Position numbers and translations under genes: made by a program. Below are positions 11,955-24,100 of a stretch of DNA of 27,606 bases, in pieces; within the stretch, counting starts at the first letter, position 1, and each line of letters begins with the position of its first letter. The notes beneath the pieces were generated by a model that had not been told where the DNA came from, ran no database searches, and saw only the letters and a list, made by a program, of their open reading frames with translations. This stretch comes from Paramecium tetraurelia (taxonomy: Eukaryota), in NCBI GenBank assembly GCA_000165425.1, contig CT868662.1, positions 330,013 to 357,618 of the forward strand. Reading direction: 5' to 3'.

Positions 11955-13166
11955 ATGGCATATTAATAACCCTTTTATATGAATTCACCTCCAAGACCTC
12001 AGCCAGTAATACCAGGAAAATATCCACAACCCATTGTTCAGTCAAGACCACCATAATCATATCCTTCTAATATTCCTTAGGTGAATTTGAATTTATTTTA
12101 TCCTGTAGGGGTACTGTTAACCATAATACTAATAACCCACTCTTCCACTTAAATAATAGCCAGTAACTTTGCAATAGCAACTTCAATATTAATAACCCCC
12201 CCTTGGTTATCCATCTACACCTTATCAACCAGGTCCTGTTTACCCACAAAATGCACCTCGCCCTACCTAAATTTATAATCCTTCATACTAACCCGTATTT
12301 TATTTTAGATTATTTTATAGTAATATCGATAACCAGTTTAATAATAAGTACTCCCAAGAAGTGTACAATAACCTTATTCCCAAACTTGTCAGCCTCCATA
12401 ACAATTATTCCAACCCCCATTGCCTTCAAATTAATACCCTTAATTGAAACCATAGTATTAACAACAATTAGTTTAATAATCTATCTAAAATAAACCTACT
12501 TAACCACCTAATTAATCAAGACCTCAATAAGCATCGTAGTAAAGGCCTCCTCAATAGATTTAACCATAGTAATAAAGACCTTAATAGAATTCACAGAAAG
12601 ATTAGCATTTAGAAGAGAAATTTAAGGATGCAATTAACAAAGACAGAGACTCAACATAGAAATATAAAAATCCATAACAACCATAAAAGAAGTCTCCTGA
12701 TGATGAATAAGAGTAATAGTTATAGGAGCTTGCCCTTTAATATGAAGATGGATATATTTATCGAGGCTAGGGATATGAACCAGCTATGAGGGAAGGATTT
12801 GGAGTCTTAACAGACTAAAATGATAATGAGGTTTACAGTGGCTATTGGCATGATAACTAATATCATGGATAAGGCAAACTAATCAATTTCCAAGCGGAAC
12901 AAATTGAGGGAATATTTGATTATTAAGATTTGAGTGGGATTGAAAATGGCTGGTTAGGATATGAAGGTAATTTTTATTGTTATTTCAAAGGCGAGTTTCT
13001 CGAAGGAAAAATGCATGGATCAGGCAAACTTTAATTAACAAATGGAGAAAAATTTGAAGGTAATTTTAATGATGGAATGATTGATGGAGAAGGAGTCTAT
13101 TCTACATTCCATGGCTAAACTGTTAAAGGAGTATGGAAAGAAGGCATATTAATAAATTATATTTGA
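11955..13166 (+). CDS. MORN-repeat protein with a Pro/Gln/Tyr-rich N-terminus, ~377 aa
   Basis: C-terminal MORN motifs YSGYWHDNQYHGQG, YEGEFLEGKMHGSG, FEGNFNDGMIDGEG and VKGVWKEG. Introns 12081-12108, 12295-12320 and 12967-12990 (1134 nt spliced). Confidence 0.9.
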
Positions 13167-13427
13167 TTTTATTATTAAATCCAGATCAAAAATGTTAAAT
13201 TAACTAGTTTAATTCAGTTTATCTTCTATATTTATTTGAAATATAAATTTCTAAATTTACCCAGATAAAAAATAATTGTAAATAACATACATATAACTAT
13301 CTATCTCCCTTAATATAATTGTTGATAGCCATCATATTGAAGTTATAACTCGACTCACTATTTGAAATTAATTTCAAAGAGCTTATGGAAATATTACTAA
13401 TATATAACACAAATTATATATCAAATT

Positions 13428-14816
13428 TCAATTTTTTTTGTTATTTATACACAGGAATTTAATGTTTTGAATGGTGATAGCTTCATCTTTCACTTCAAAT
13501 TCGTCAACTTTTTTAGAGGAAATATCTTGAAAACACAATAATAAAGAGTTTTTAGAAATTTTCGATCTATATTAAGGTTTAAAAATCTTGGAATACAAAT
13601 ACTCCTTAGGGGTTTCTCTCATATGGGGATTTGCTTGCATCATCGATTTAAGCATTTCAATGATATCCATATCAAAATTATGATTTGGAATGTGATATTT
13701 CCCCTCTATGTTGTTTTTAAGTATAGTTTATAAGTCATTTCCAAAGGGATTTTAGTAAAATAACCTAAAGAAATTAACATTATAGATACAGATGATGCAA
13801 GACAACGCCTAATTAAAATATATTGGCCAAGGGTGAGATCAGATATTTACTCTGAATATATTCAGGAGGTATAAAACCTATTGAACTACCCTTTCTAAAA
13901 TTATGATATTATTTTACATAGGCATGTCTCTATTACATTCAAAGGTTGATGATTAAAAATTGCTCACAACAATTGAATTAGAGTCCAGGGAATAATTAAT
14001 CATATCCAAATTTATACTATTTTGTATAATATGAAGCTCCTAGAAAATGTTTAATACTAAAAATAAATTGTTAAGATACCAATTAACAATTATTCTACAA
14101 TCTCAATTACAAAAGAAAGAGGTAATCCCATTTTTTACCTTTTTAAAATCTACTTTAAAGATATTAAATTTTAGTTCGCGTAGATTAAAGAATAATCGTC
14201 ACCGTCATACTATATTGATACCATTTTTATAATATAAGGACATCTCTGAGAATACAAAAGTTGAATTATCCTGATTTCCTCAGGTACTCTGGCTTACCAT
14301 AGTTAGGTTTTATATGTGTTCGACATCTCCAGGTCTTGAGAATTGAAATTAGAAAAAATTCTTTTCTTGATGTACTGTTTACTATTTTTTTTATTTGTTA
14401 CTAAAGTCATCTATACTAAATATCATATATACTTCATATAATGAATTGGTTTCCAGGACTGAAATCTATTTATATATATTACTTTTGTTAAAAATGAACT
14501 TACCAGAACAAAGGTCATACAGCTTTTCTAGTTAATTCCTGGAACCTTCTATCTGGTATTCTTTGCCCTAGTAGGAGAGCTTAAAATAAAATTCATTAAA
14601 GCAAGGTTCTTCTAAAAAATCATTCCAATCCATAATTGCACTCTCATCACTCCAATAGATAAACAGCTTAAAAGCTAAACTTAATGAGTCCTAAGAATTT
14701 AAGTAAGTAAATACCAACAGTTTTAATCCTTAGGGCTCTGAAATGATATAAATTTGTGTTTTACTCTCCTAAGGAAAGTTTAACCCATTAATGAGATATA
14801 GGTCATTTTCATTCAT
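13428..14816 (-). CDS. Protein kinase-fold pseudokinase, ~423 aa
   Basis: Kinase subdomains appear in order: YIKK (II), EEIRIIQLL (III), CPYIIKM (IV), IIQNSINLDMI (VIb), VVSNFQSS (VII), GSSIGFIPPEY (VIII), ANIFQLGVVLHHLLFYQNPF (IX), MMQANPHMR (XI). Introns 14691-14714 (in-frame, uncertain), 14411-14432, 14057-14079, 13895-13917 and 13765-13789. Confidence 0.85.
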
Positions 14817-15342
14817 TATAATAGTTGATAAAGATTTAGAATTTTATATTATAAATTAATTTCTTGTAATTTGGAAAGTTTCCATTTATAATGAAAGAAG
14901 AAGGATAGTAAATTTTAATGACGGAGTAAATATTACAATTATCAAATAACAAAAAAAAAAAAAAATATTAAATTTAAAATAATTCTTAAGTTGAATCTAC
15001 TTTTGTGTGATCAGTTAAGTAGAGTATGGGAGAATTGAACAAACATGAATAACATAATTAATCATAGTTTTTTCAATAATGATATTTTAGCCATTAAAAA
15101 TTGTTATAAAATTCAAGCTTGAATGTGGACTATTTCGATAATCAAACTCAAATTTTAGAAAATTTTTCAAGTTAATAATAAATACTAACAGAGGAATTGT
15201 GATATATTATATTAAAATAGTATTTTAAAGTAGATAAGGAATAATTATTCTGAATTATATGATTGATTTAAAAATTAATTATAAAATTTAGGATAAATTC
15301 GTTTTTAATATAAATCGTTTTTTAATATTAAGTTTATCAGAT

Positions 15343-16481
15343 ATGAAATACATGATTGTTGTATTGTTAGCTTTAGCAGCCACAAGTTATGCTTCAAAAA
15401 CATAAGATCAAATCTTAGCACTTTTATAAGTAAGTTGAATTAATTATGAGAACAGACTGGAACAAAAGCAAGTGATGCTATTGATACAGTGTTTGGATTG
15501 TTGAATGATTTGAAATAATTCAAATATTGATGCTTAATTTGCAGCAGATTAAAAGAATGAAACAGATGAATGGGTTGGTGCTTAGTAAATATATTTAATT
15601 TAAATATTAGAACTATTGAATAATTCACCAAAATCAAAACTTTGAATTAAAAATTATTCTAACAAGCTGTTGAAAATAGAGCTGAATACGAATAAGTTTT
15701 ATCACAAACCAAAAATTATTTGGCTTGGAATGAAGCCAGAAGAGATTCCATTGCAGCTAAAATTGAAACATTATAAGATAACTAATGCTTCAGCAACCAA
15801 TTATTTGTCAAATCGATTAAACACAACTAAGAAGCCCTTGAAGTTATCAAACTACTTAAATAAGATGTTGCCGGTTATATTATAAATGGAGATTCATTTG
15901 AATTTACATAAGTGCAAGCACAATCGGTTGCTGAAAAATTGAAATAATACAGCAATTTGTTCTAAGAACATCAAATAAAATCATTCTTAGCTTTAGCTTC
16001 AGAATAATAAGTAAATTATGAAAATATTTAAGGAATAATCATCAGGAAATGGATCAACATTGGCCGAAAAAGTCTTAGGTGTCCTTTAAGGATTAGAAAG
16101 TGAATTAGAAGCATCATTAGAAAATTTGAAATAAAATGAAATCAATGCATCTTGGGAATTGGCTGGATGGGTTTCATTATCTGAAGCTGAAATAACAAGT
16201 TTGGAAGTAGAATATGAAAGAAAATAAGTATTTGCTGATAGAACCGCTACTGTATAGATGATTAATTAAATTAGTAAATTCAAGCTGCTCTAGCTTAATA
16301 AGCAAAATCTAAGATTATTTTATAAGAATCATAAGATGCCTTAGATTAAGCATAATCTGATTTGGAATCCAAGAGAGCTGATTATGAAGAAGCAAAGGCT
16401 AAGAGAAATGAAGAGAATGCCATTTTGGATGAGGTTATCATAATGTTCAAGAAATAAGTTGCTTCATGGTCAGGAAGATGA
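15343..16481 (+). CDS. Trichocyst matrix protein (TMP) family precursor with one apparent +1 frameshift
   Basis: Signal peptide MKYMIVVLLALAATSYA, then LLQTGTKASDAIDTVFGLLNDLK, coiled-coil halves and C-terminal KRNEENAILDEVIIMFKKQV, typical of Paramecium TMPs. Introns 15430-15455, 15585-15610, 16011-16032 and 16252-16274 leave 1042 nt (3n+1). The extra T at 15519-15520 creates TGA at 15528. Confidence 0.8.
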
Positions 16482-16529
16482 TATTAATGATAGATAGTAA
16501 AGAATATGTCATTTATTCACAAATAAATA

Positions 16530-17358
16530 TCACATATTCATTTCTAACATTTCAATCTTTATTTTTTCAATTACAGTTTCAACTAAAGAAACCATTTCTT
16601 GTTCAGTAGTTTCTCTTTCTTTTCTATTTCGCTTCAATAATTCAGTAATTCTAAATTACACTTCTCTTAAACTTTCAACTATGTCTTCCTCTTTGGCTTC
16701 TCTTTCTTTTCTCTCTCTATAATAATGATTAGATTATATAATACCTATCAAATAATTCTCTTAGGTCTGATATTTACTCCATAAATTAATGGTATATTCT
16801 TTCTTCAACCTCTCTTCTTTCGTCAATCTCATTTTAAAGATCATCAGCAATCTTTGGTAGGTCTTCATTTAAATACATATCCACATATTTATGTGATTCC
16901 AAAAGTTCAACTCCTTATCTATTCACATCTTAGTATATGTAATCTATTTATTAACTAATTGCATAGGTTAATTTCTTCTCTTAATCTACTCTCTCCTTTT
17001 AACTAGTTTCTAATAATCTTTTTGCATGTCTTTCTAAATCAACAATCATTTTTTATGTTTCTTATTCTTATCTCACTCGACTAATTTTCAAATTATTATT
17101 ACTTATCGTTTTCACCTTCCAAGAATACTTATAATTCTTTAAATTTATTTGCCAATTAACTGAATATTGCTTCCTTTTATTAAGATGCATTTCTTAAATT
17201 AGATTCAAACTGGGCTATCAATTATGCGATAATTGAAAATCTGCTATTTTTTCTAAAATTAGTTATTAAATTAGTTCATACTCATCTTAAACTTGGTTCT
17301 AGATATTGTTTAATTTCTCAAAAATCCCTGTTACTCTAGTTTATAGATTGTCATTCAT
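16530..17358 (-). CDS. SF-assemblin/beta-giardin family protein (striated/kinetodesmal fibre), ~249 aa
   Basis: Repeated E-x-x-E-R-x-x-x-E motifs about 29 aa apart (EIDERREVEERIY, RERKEREAKEEDIV, NRKERETTEQEMV). Introns 17253-17281, 17081-17102 and 16717-16744 (750 nt spliced). Confidence 0.8.
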
Positions 17359-17458
17359 TTCTTTGAATTATAATATTTATTAACTATTTAACAGAATTTT
17401 TTATTAATTTAAATTTAATTCAGAGATTAATTAAATAATAAAAATAGTTATTAAATTA

Positions 17459-17758
17459 ATGAACTCAAAAAAAGAGTACTTAAAAAATGTGTTTGATTAA
17501 CATATTTTAAAAGAATAAAGAAACAATAAGTATGAACCAAGTAGTAGCTTATTGTAACCAACATTTTAAAATCTAATGCATTCCCTGCCATCTAATATTT
17601 AACTTTCCTAAATGAAATATTCAAAGTATAGATCTGCATCCACCAGTTTGGAACAATCAAAACCCCTGCCAAGTCCAAGTTTTGGAGGTTAAATGACAAG
17701 ATCTCAATAATTTAGAACAAATAATATTTTAGGAGATATAAAAGATAGAAAATATTGA
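17459..17758 (+). CDS. 99-aa hypothetical protein
   Basis: MNSKKEYLKNVFDQHILKEQRNNKYEPSSSLL...ILGDIKDRKY-TGA, 300 nt, divergent from the SF-assemblin gene (100 bp apart). Confidence 0.6.
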
Positions 17759-19009
17759 AAAATTAAAACACCATTATTGAATACTTAACAAATAGAAATT
17801 AAAAATGATCATTATTTAAGAATAGATGTGCTTAGAGCATACCCTTTCTGATTCTTATCTCATCTTCTTCAATCTTTTCTCGTGTTGTTTGATGTAAAGT
17901 CTCAACAGAATTTAGTATAACCCCAATTACACCAAAGCTACCACAGTATGAATATATATTGAAACATAAAAAATTATTAGCAATGAGGTAGGCTACGAAT
18001 TGAGCCACTAAATGCTATACTTCCTTTAATATTCTACCATTATTTTATAACAATAATAGCATTTTCTCTGTAAGAAGCAAATACCCAATCTGATTATTAT
18101 TCTGAATTTCATTTCCAAATTTGATGCATTGTATTCAAAATATTGCAAAAAGTATTGCATGAATGTGTTAATTCCGAAAAGGCCTAAACCGCCTATACTA
18201 TACTTATTTCAATTTAATCTATCAATAAAGAAATCAGCCCAAAAGATAATGATATTCGTATTTCGCAACTCTAAGAGTTCAAAAAGGCTACCATAAAACT
18301 GTTATGAAATCAGTCAAGGCCTAATTATTCAAAACAAACTAATTCCATGATTTGTATTTTATATTGCAAAGAGCATTTTCACTCCAGCAAAAATACATTT
18401 CTCCAAGAGTTTATATCTGATGGGATTTCAGATTGTGCAATTTCTATCTATTCAAAAAAATGTAAACAATACTTATAAAAATTTAATTGAATTTATATTA
18501 TAAATGGTCCCGCGTTGTTTATAATATGTCTGTATGTTGATAGTGTTATTTGTCTCAAAATTATCCATTCTAAAACAGACGAAATATCCTAATATCTTAA
18601 TATTTATATTGTAAGTAAGAATGATTCCGAATGTAATTAGACCATAAGAAATTTATAGTGCCAATTTCCTACCATAATCATAATAAAAATAAATATCAGC
18701 GATAAATAGAGTACAAAATCTAGGATAAATTTCCAGTATAAACAAAAGATTTAATTATGGATTGCAAAGATTTGAAACAAGGTAAGAGCGTATTAAAGCT
18801 TTATTTTATGATTAACAGATGAAACATTATTTAAGCTATCTATATCCTAAAATCTATCAAAAGATATGTAAAAATATATGCTAGACACATTATAATCAAA
18901 AGTTTTAGAAGTAAATTAATTACAACGTTCTAAATTATCTTTAAAATTGAAATTAGGTTCAATAAGAAGAAGACAGGCTGTAAAATAGTTAGTAATCATC
19001 CACTATAAT

Positions 19010-19027
19010 CCCCCCCCCTCCCCCCCC
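19010..19027. repeat. C9-T-C8 tract (G8AG9 on the minus strand)
   Basis: Directly visible and very unusual in this AT-rich context. Confidence 0.9.
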
Positions 19028-19164
19028 GATATAAATTATTTCTCTAAAGCAGACATCTGAAAAATATATTTCAAACAAAAGTGTCAAATAATTTATAAAA
19101 AATATATAATTTAATAATCTTATATATATTTGATTCTTAAGCAGGTATTTTCAGGTTTTGGGGT

Positions 19165-19375
19165 NNNNNNNNNNNNNNNNNNNNNNNNNNNNNNNNNNNN
19201 NNNNNNNNNNNNNNNNNNNNNNNNNNNNNNNNNNNNNNNNNNNNNNNNNNNNNNNNNNNNNNNNNNNNNNNNNNNNNNNNNNNNNNNNNNNNNNNNNNNN
19301 NNNNNNNNNNNNNNNNNNNNNNNNNNNNNNNNNNNNNNNNNNNNNNNNNNNNNNNNNNNNNNNNNNNNNNNNNNN
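19165..19375. other. Assembly gap (N run)
   Basis: Ns in the sequence. Confidence 1.
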
Positions 19376-19501
19376 TGTAAACGAAAAGTAGTAGTAATAG
19401 AATGCAACATCATAATGTTTGTAAGCCAAAGTAAACTGAACTTTGAATATCATTATTAAATAATGAGAAATAAATTACCAAAATTAGATGTATTTTAAGA
19501 G

Positions 19502-19660
19502 TTGATTGTTCTTAATCACTTATAATATCATAATTGTAGAATTTCATATAAATTCACATAAATCAAAATTGTTTGAATGATTGATTGTTCTTAATATCTT
19601 TAAAATATCAATATCTTATAATTTCAAATTAATCCATATGAATCAAAAGTATCTTAATGA
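19502..19660. repeat. Two-copy diverged tandem duplication, unit ~79-80 bp
   Basis: TTGATTGTTCTTAAT...AATATCA...AATTTCA...AATCAAAA...AATGA occurs at 19502-19580 and again at 19581-19660. Confidence 0.8.
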
Positions 19661-21122
19661 TTATTAATATTTGACAAAAATATCTTCAAATATTCAGAAA
19701 AATGAGTGCTCATTTAATAAAAATAGGAAAATCGACCTAGAAGTTACAAAAAAATCTGATTTTCAAGAATTAATTCTAAAGTGATTTATTACAACTTCAC
19801 AAAAAAAATATTCTGAAATCTATAATTCGTGGAAAAAACTCATAATTTAAGGACCTAAAGAAACATTTTTAATGCAAATGGAAATTGATTAAAAGTCATC
19901 TGGCCTCTTCATTAACAGTAATGAAAATACTTGACTCTCAAAGCTAATATCCCAAAATTCAAATTTAAAGTATTTTGCAATAGACCACTTGAAATTATCA
20001 CGTTCAAAAGATTATTGATTGCGATGTACGTAAAAGCTAAACTATATGTTTAAGAGGAAAGATTTCTCAACTGGCATCATGATAATTTATGATGTGAAGT
20101 ATCATTTAATAACAAAAGCTTTATAATATAATTATTATTAATTCTTATTTAGTTAAATGTGATATAATAATTGATAAAAATGAGTATTTTAAAAGAATTC
20201 CTCTCTTTCTAGGGAAAGTATATTTAATTCAATTTATATGATCTTTTGTTAAGCTCAAACTTCTTACAATTTTATAAATCATAAATTTAGAAAGATTTTT
20301 GATTTATATTACCTAAAGATTGTAATTTCATGACTTTTTTTTGTAATTTAGATTATTAATTTTAACTTACCTTCTTTGGATTTTATTTGAGAATTTCACT
20401 TTTGTTTTTATCATACCAAATTATTTATTAGTTAAAGTATCGGTGATAAATACACAGCATTAAAGAATTTTTATTGATTTTTCATTTATAAATAAATGAT
20501 TATATTTGATAATTGTGATTACTCATGGTGCCACTTTATGAAATATAAATTGAATTTTCAAATTTAAAAATGCAGGAAAAATTCATCAGCAAGTAGTTTT
20601 ATTATAATATAATTTAATTTTATTAAAATAAATATTGTTTTTTCACAAAATAAATTTTAAAATAAATATTCTCATGAGGAATCTAATTTTTAAATAGGGC
20701 ATAACTATCATTTAATTATTATAGAACAATTATTTGATTTCAATCTACTGCTTAGATGATGTAAAGGATAATGAATTTACAAATATGACTCGCTAATCAC
20801 TCTTGAGAACATTCCTTTATATTTCTTTTTTATGCATTTTTAAAGGATTTATATAATTAATATAACTTCTATTATTTCTAATGAATTTAAAAACGCTTAT
20901 TTTTTAGCTCATTGGAATTAATTTTAGAAGCAAATTATTTATTCCATATTCCTTTCTACTTCTTCTTAAAATTGAAAAACTAATGCCAAAAATATGCAAA
21001 CTATTAATAATAGTTGTAAAATGAGCGGAAAATAGTTTTCTCTATTAATTTTTTTGATAACATTGATTTTTGATATATATAAGATAACATATAATAGAAA
21101 TTCATATAATTATTTTTTTCAA

Positions 21123-24100
21123 ATGGGTTGCGTAAGTACTCAAATAATTTAAAATGAACCATTTGTATATTAAAGGAAGGATGATTTATATAAGATATTA
21201 GACTCATTAAAAGTAATTGATGTATAACTTCTAAAGAGGATTATTGCTGCTTTAAAAAAAGAGAAAGTCACAAATTGTCTAGGTTATCTTTCAAAGCATT
21301 GTTAACAAAAAAATAAAGAATAATCTAACATTAAGTATATTGCTGATATTATTGGAAATATTTGCGAACTTGATTTTAACAAAAAGAATTATTCAACAAA
21401 TGAATAATAATAATAGAGAAAGCATCTAATCACTTAAATCTCTTATGATAAGAAAATATTAGAATTTTTAGAATTTCTAGTTCAACTTACAGCCTTAGAT
21501 GAGAATTTAATATAATGCGGATCAAATTCTTTAAATATTTTAGTTGAAATGAAGGTTGATTTGGCGTATCACAATTTTCAAAATATCAAGATTAAAAATA
21601 CTTAATTAATAGGAGCCAATTTTGTCAAATGTGATTTAAGTGGCTCTGAATTTGATAATGTCATTATTAGTGGAATAAATTTGAATGGAGCAAAATTATT
21701 TAATTGCAAATGGAAGAATTTAAGAATAAATGAGTTAAATAAGTTGAATGGTCATCGGGATAAAGTCAATTAAGTTTGCTTTTCTCCAGATGGTAAGTTC
21801 TTAGCTTCTTGCAGTGATGACAATGATATTCGTTTTTGGGATGTCAAAACAGGAAAAACAAAGTCAATATTATAAGGAGATAGGAATATCAATTCAGTCT
21901 GCTTCTCACGAAATGCGAGACTATTGGAGTCCTGCAGTGGCAAATTTGTATATAGGTGGAACCTTCAAACTAGAAAGCATATACATAAATTTAAAGTTCA
22001 TACTGAAGATGTAAATATAGTTTGTTTCTCTCTTGATGGTAGTATATTAGCATTTGGTTGTGAAAGACAACTCTATCCGTTTATGGGATGTTAAGACAGC
22101 ATAATAATATCTTTAATTAGATGGTCATACTGCGTAAATCTAATCAGTCTGTTTCTCCTCTGATAACACTAAATTAGCATCTGGTAGTGATGATAATTCT
22201 ATCTGTTTATGGGATGTTAAGACAGGATAAAAATATCACTAATTGGATGGTCATACTGGTTATGTAAATGCAGTCTGTTTCTCTCCTGATTGTACTACAT
22301 TAGCATCTGGTAGTTTTGATTACTCTATCCGTTTTTGGGATGTAAAAACAGGATAATAAGCAGCAAAATTAGATGGCCATACTCATGAAGTCAGATTTGT
22401 CTGTTTCTCTCCAGATGGTACTACATTAGCATCTGCTAGTTGGGATAACTCAGTTTTCATATGGGATGTTATAAAAAGAGAATAAAAAGTCAGTATAGAT
22501 GGTCACACTAAATAGGTGACTTCAGTTTGTTTCTCTCCTGATGGTACGGCATTAGCATCTGGTAGCTATGATAATTCTATCCGTTTATGGGATATTTAGA
22601 CAATATTATAATATCACTAATTAGATTGTCACATTGATAGTATACGATCAGTGTGTTTCTCTCCTGATGGCACTACTTTAGCATCTGGAAGCGATGATTA
22701 CACCATCCGCTTATGGGATGTTAAGACAGGATAATAAAAAATCAAATTAGAGGGTCATAGCAGTTATGTCATCTCTATTTGTTTCTCTCCTGATGGTTTT
22801 ACATTAGCCTCTGGTAGTGGAGATTGCTCTGTTCGATTATGGGATGTTAAGCAAGGATAATAAAAAGCTCAAATAAACGGACATAATGATTACGTCAGAT
22901 CAGTATGTTTCTCTCATGATGGTAATACTTTAGCATCTGGTTGTGATGATTTGACTATTCGTTTATGGAATGTTGAGACGTAATAGGTAATACATTAATT
23001 TGTTACTGAGATTAAATATTTATTTTCAACTCATTTTTCTCCTGATTGTACTACATTAGCGTCTGGATGTATTGATGGTTATATCAGTTTATGGGATGTG
23101 AAGACAGGAGAATAGAAAGTCTCATTAGATTATCATAATAATCCTGTTAGTTCAGTATGTTTTCTCTCCTGATGGTAGTACATTAGCATCAGTACAGCGT
23201 TTTNNNNNNNNNNNNNNNNNNNNNNNNNNNNNNNNNNNNNNNNNNNNNNNNNNNNNNNNNNNNNNNNNNNNNNNNNNNNNNNNNNNNNNNNNNNNNNNNN
23301 NNNNNNNNNNNNNNNNNNNNNNNNNNNNNNNNNNNNNNNNNNNNNNNNNNNNNNNNNNNNNNNNNNNNNNNNNNNNNNNNNNNNNNNNNNNNNNNNNNNN
23401 NNNNNNNNNNNNNNNNNNNNNNNNNNNNNNNNNNNNNNNNNNNNNNNNNNNNNNNNNNNNNNNNNNNNNNNNNNNNNNNNNNNNNNNNNNNNNNNNNNNN
23501 NNNNNNNNNNNNNNNNNNNNNAATACTGTATGCTTCTCTCCTGATGTACTACTTTAGCATCTGGTAGTGATGATAAGTCTATTTGTTTTTGGGACGTTAA
23601 GACTTTATTACAAAGAGCAAAATTAGATCGTAATTAAAGTGCAACTTATTCACTATATTACTCTCATGATGGTACACGTTGATATATGGTGGTTTGGACT
23701 GCTCAACCAAATTATTGGATGTTAAGACAGGAAAACAACAAGCCTTATTAATTGGCCATACTGAAGGAGTTACATCAATCAGTTTATCTCCTGATGGGAC
23801 TACATTAGCATCGAGTAGTGAAGATGGATTTATTCTCTTATGGGATATACAAACAGGATCATTATTAGGAAAATTATATGGCCATACTAAAAAGGTCATG
23901 TCTGTCTGTTTCTCTCCTGATGGTAATACATTAGTATCCCATGATAATGATTAGTCTATTAGTTTATGGGATGTTCAGACAGGAGAATAAAAAGCTATAT
24001 TAAATGGTCATTAATATTGCACCCATTCTGTCTGTTTCTCTCCTGATGGTACTACATTAGCATCTGATAGTTGGGGATAACTCTATCTGTTTATGGGATG

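Noticed and set aside
12203..12493. Track ORF 12203-12493, and also 15670-15885, 21814-22014 and 24350-24565
   Set aside because: They are wrong-frame readings inside the MORN, TMP and WD40 genes.
14952..14965. Poly-A run in the pseudokinase/TMP intergenic region
   Set aside because: No target-site duplication or retro-element features; unremarkable in AT-rich DNA.
17800..18500. Long open frames on the minus strand
   Set aside because: No recognisable motif or coherent start/intron/stop model; such frames are expected by chance with a single stop codon.
19120..19459. ORFs spanning N runs (also 25080-25325)
   Set aside because: Artefacts of assembly gaps.
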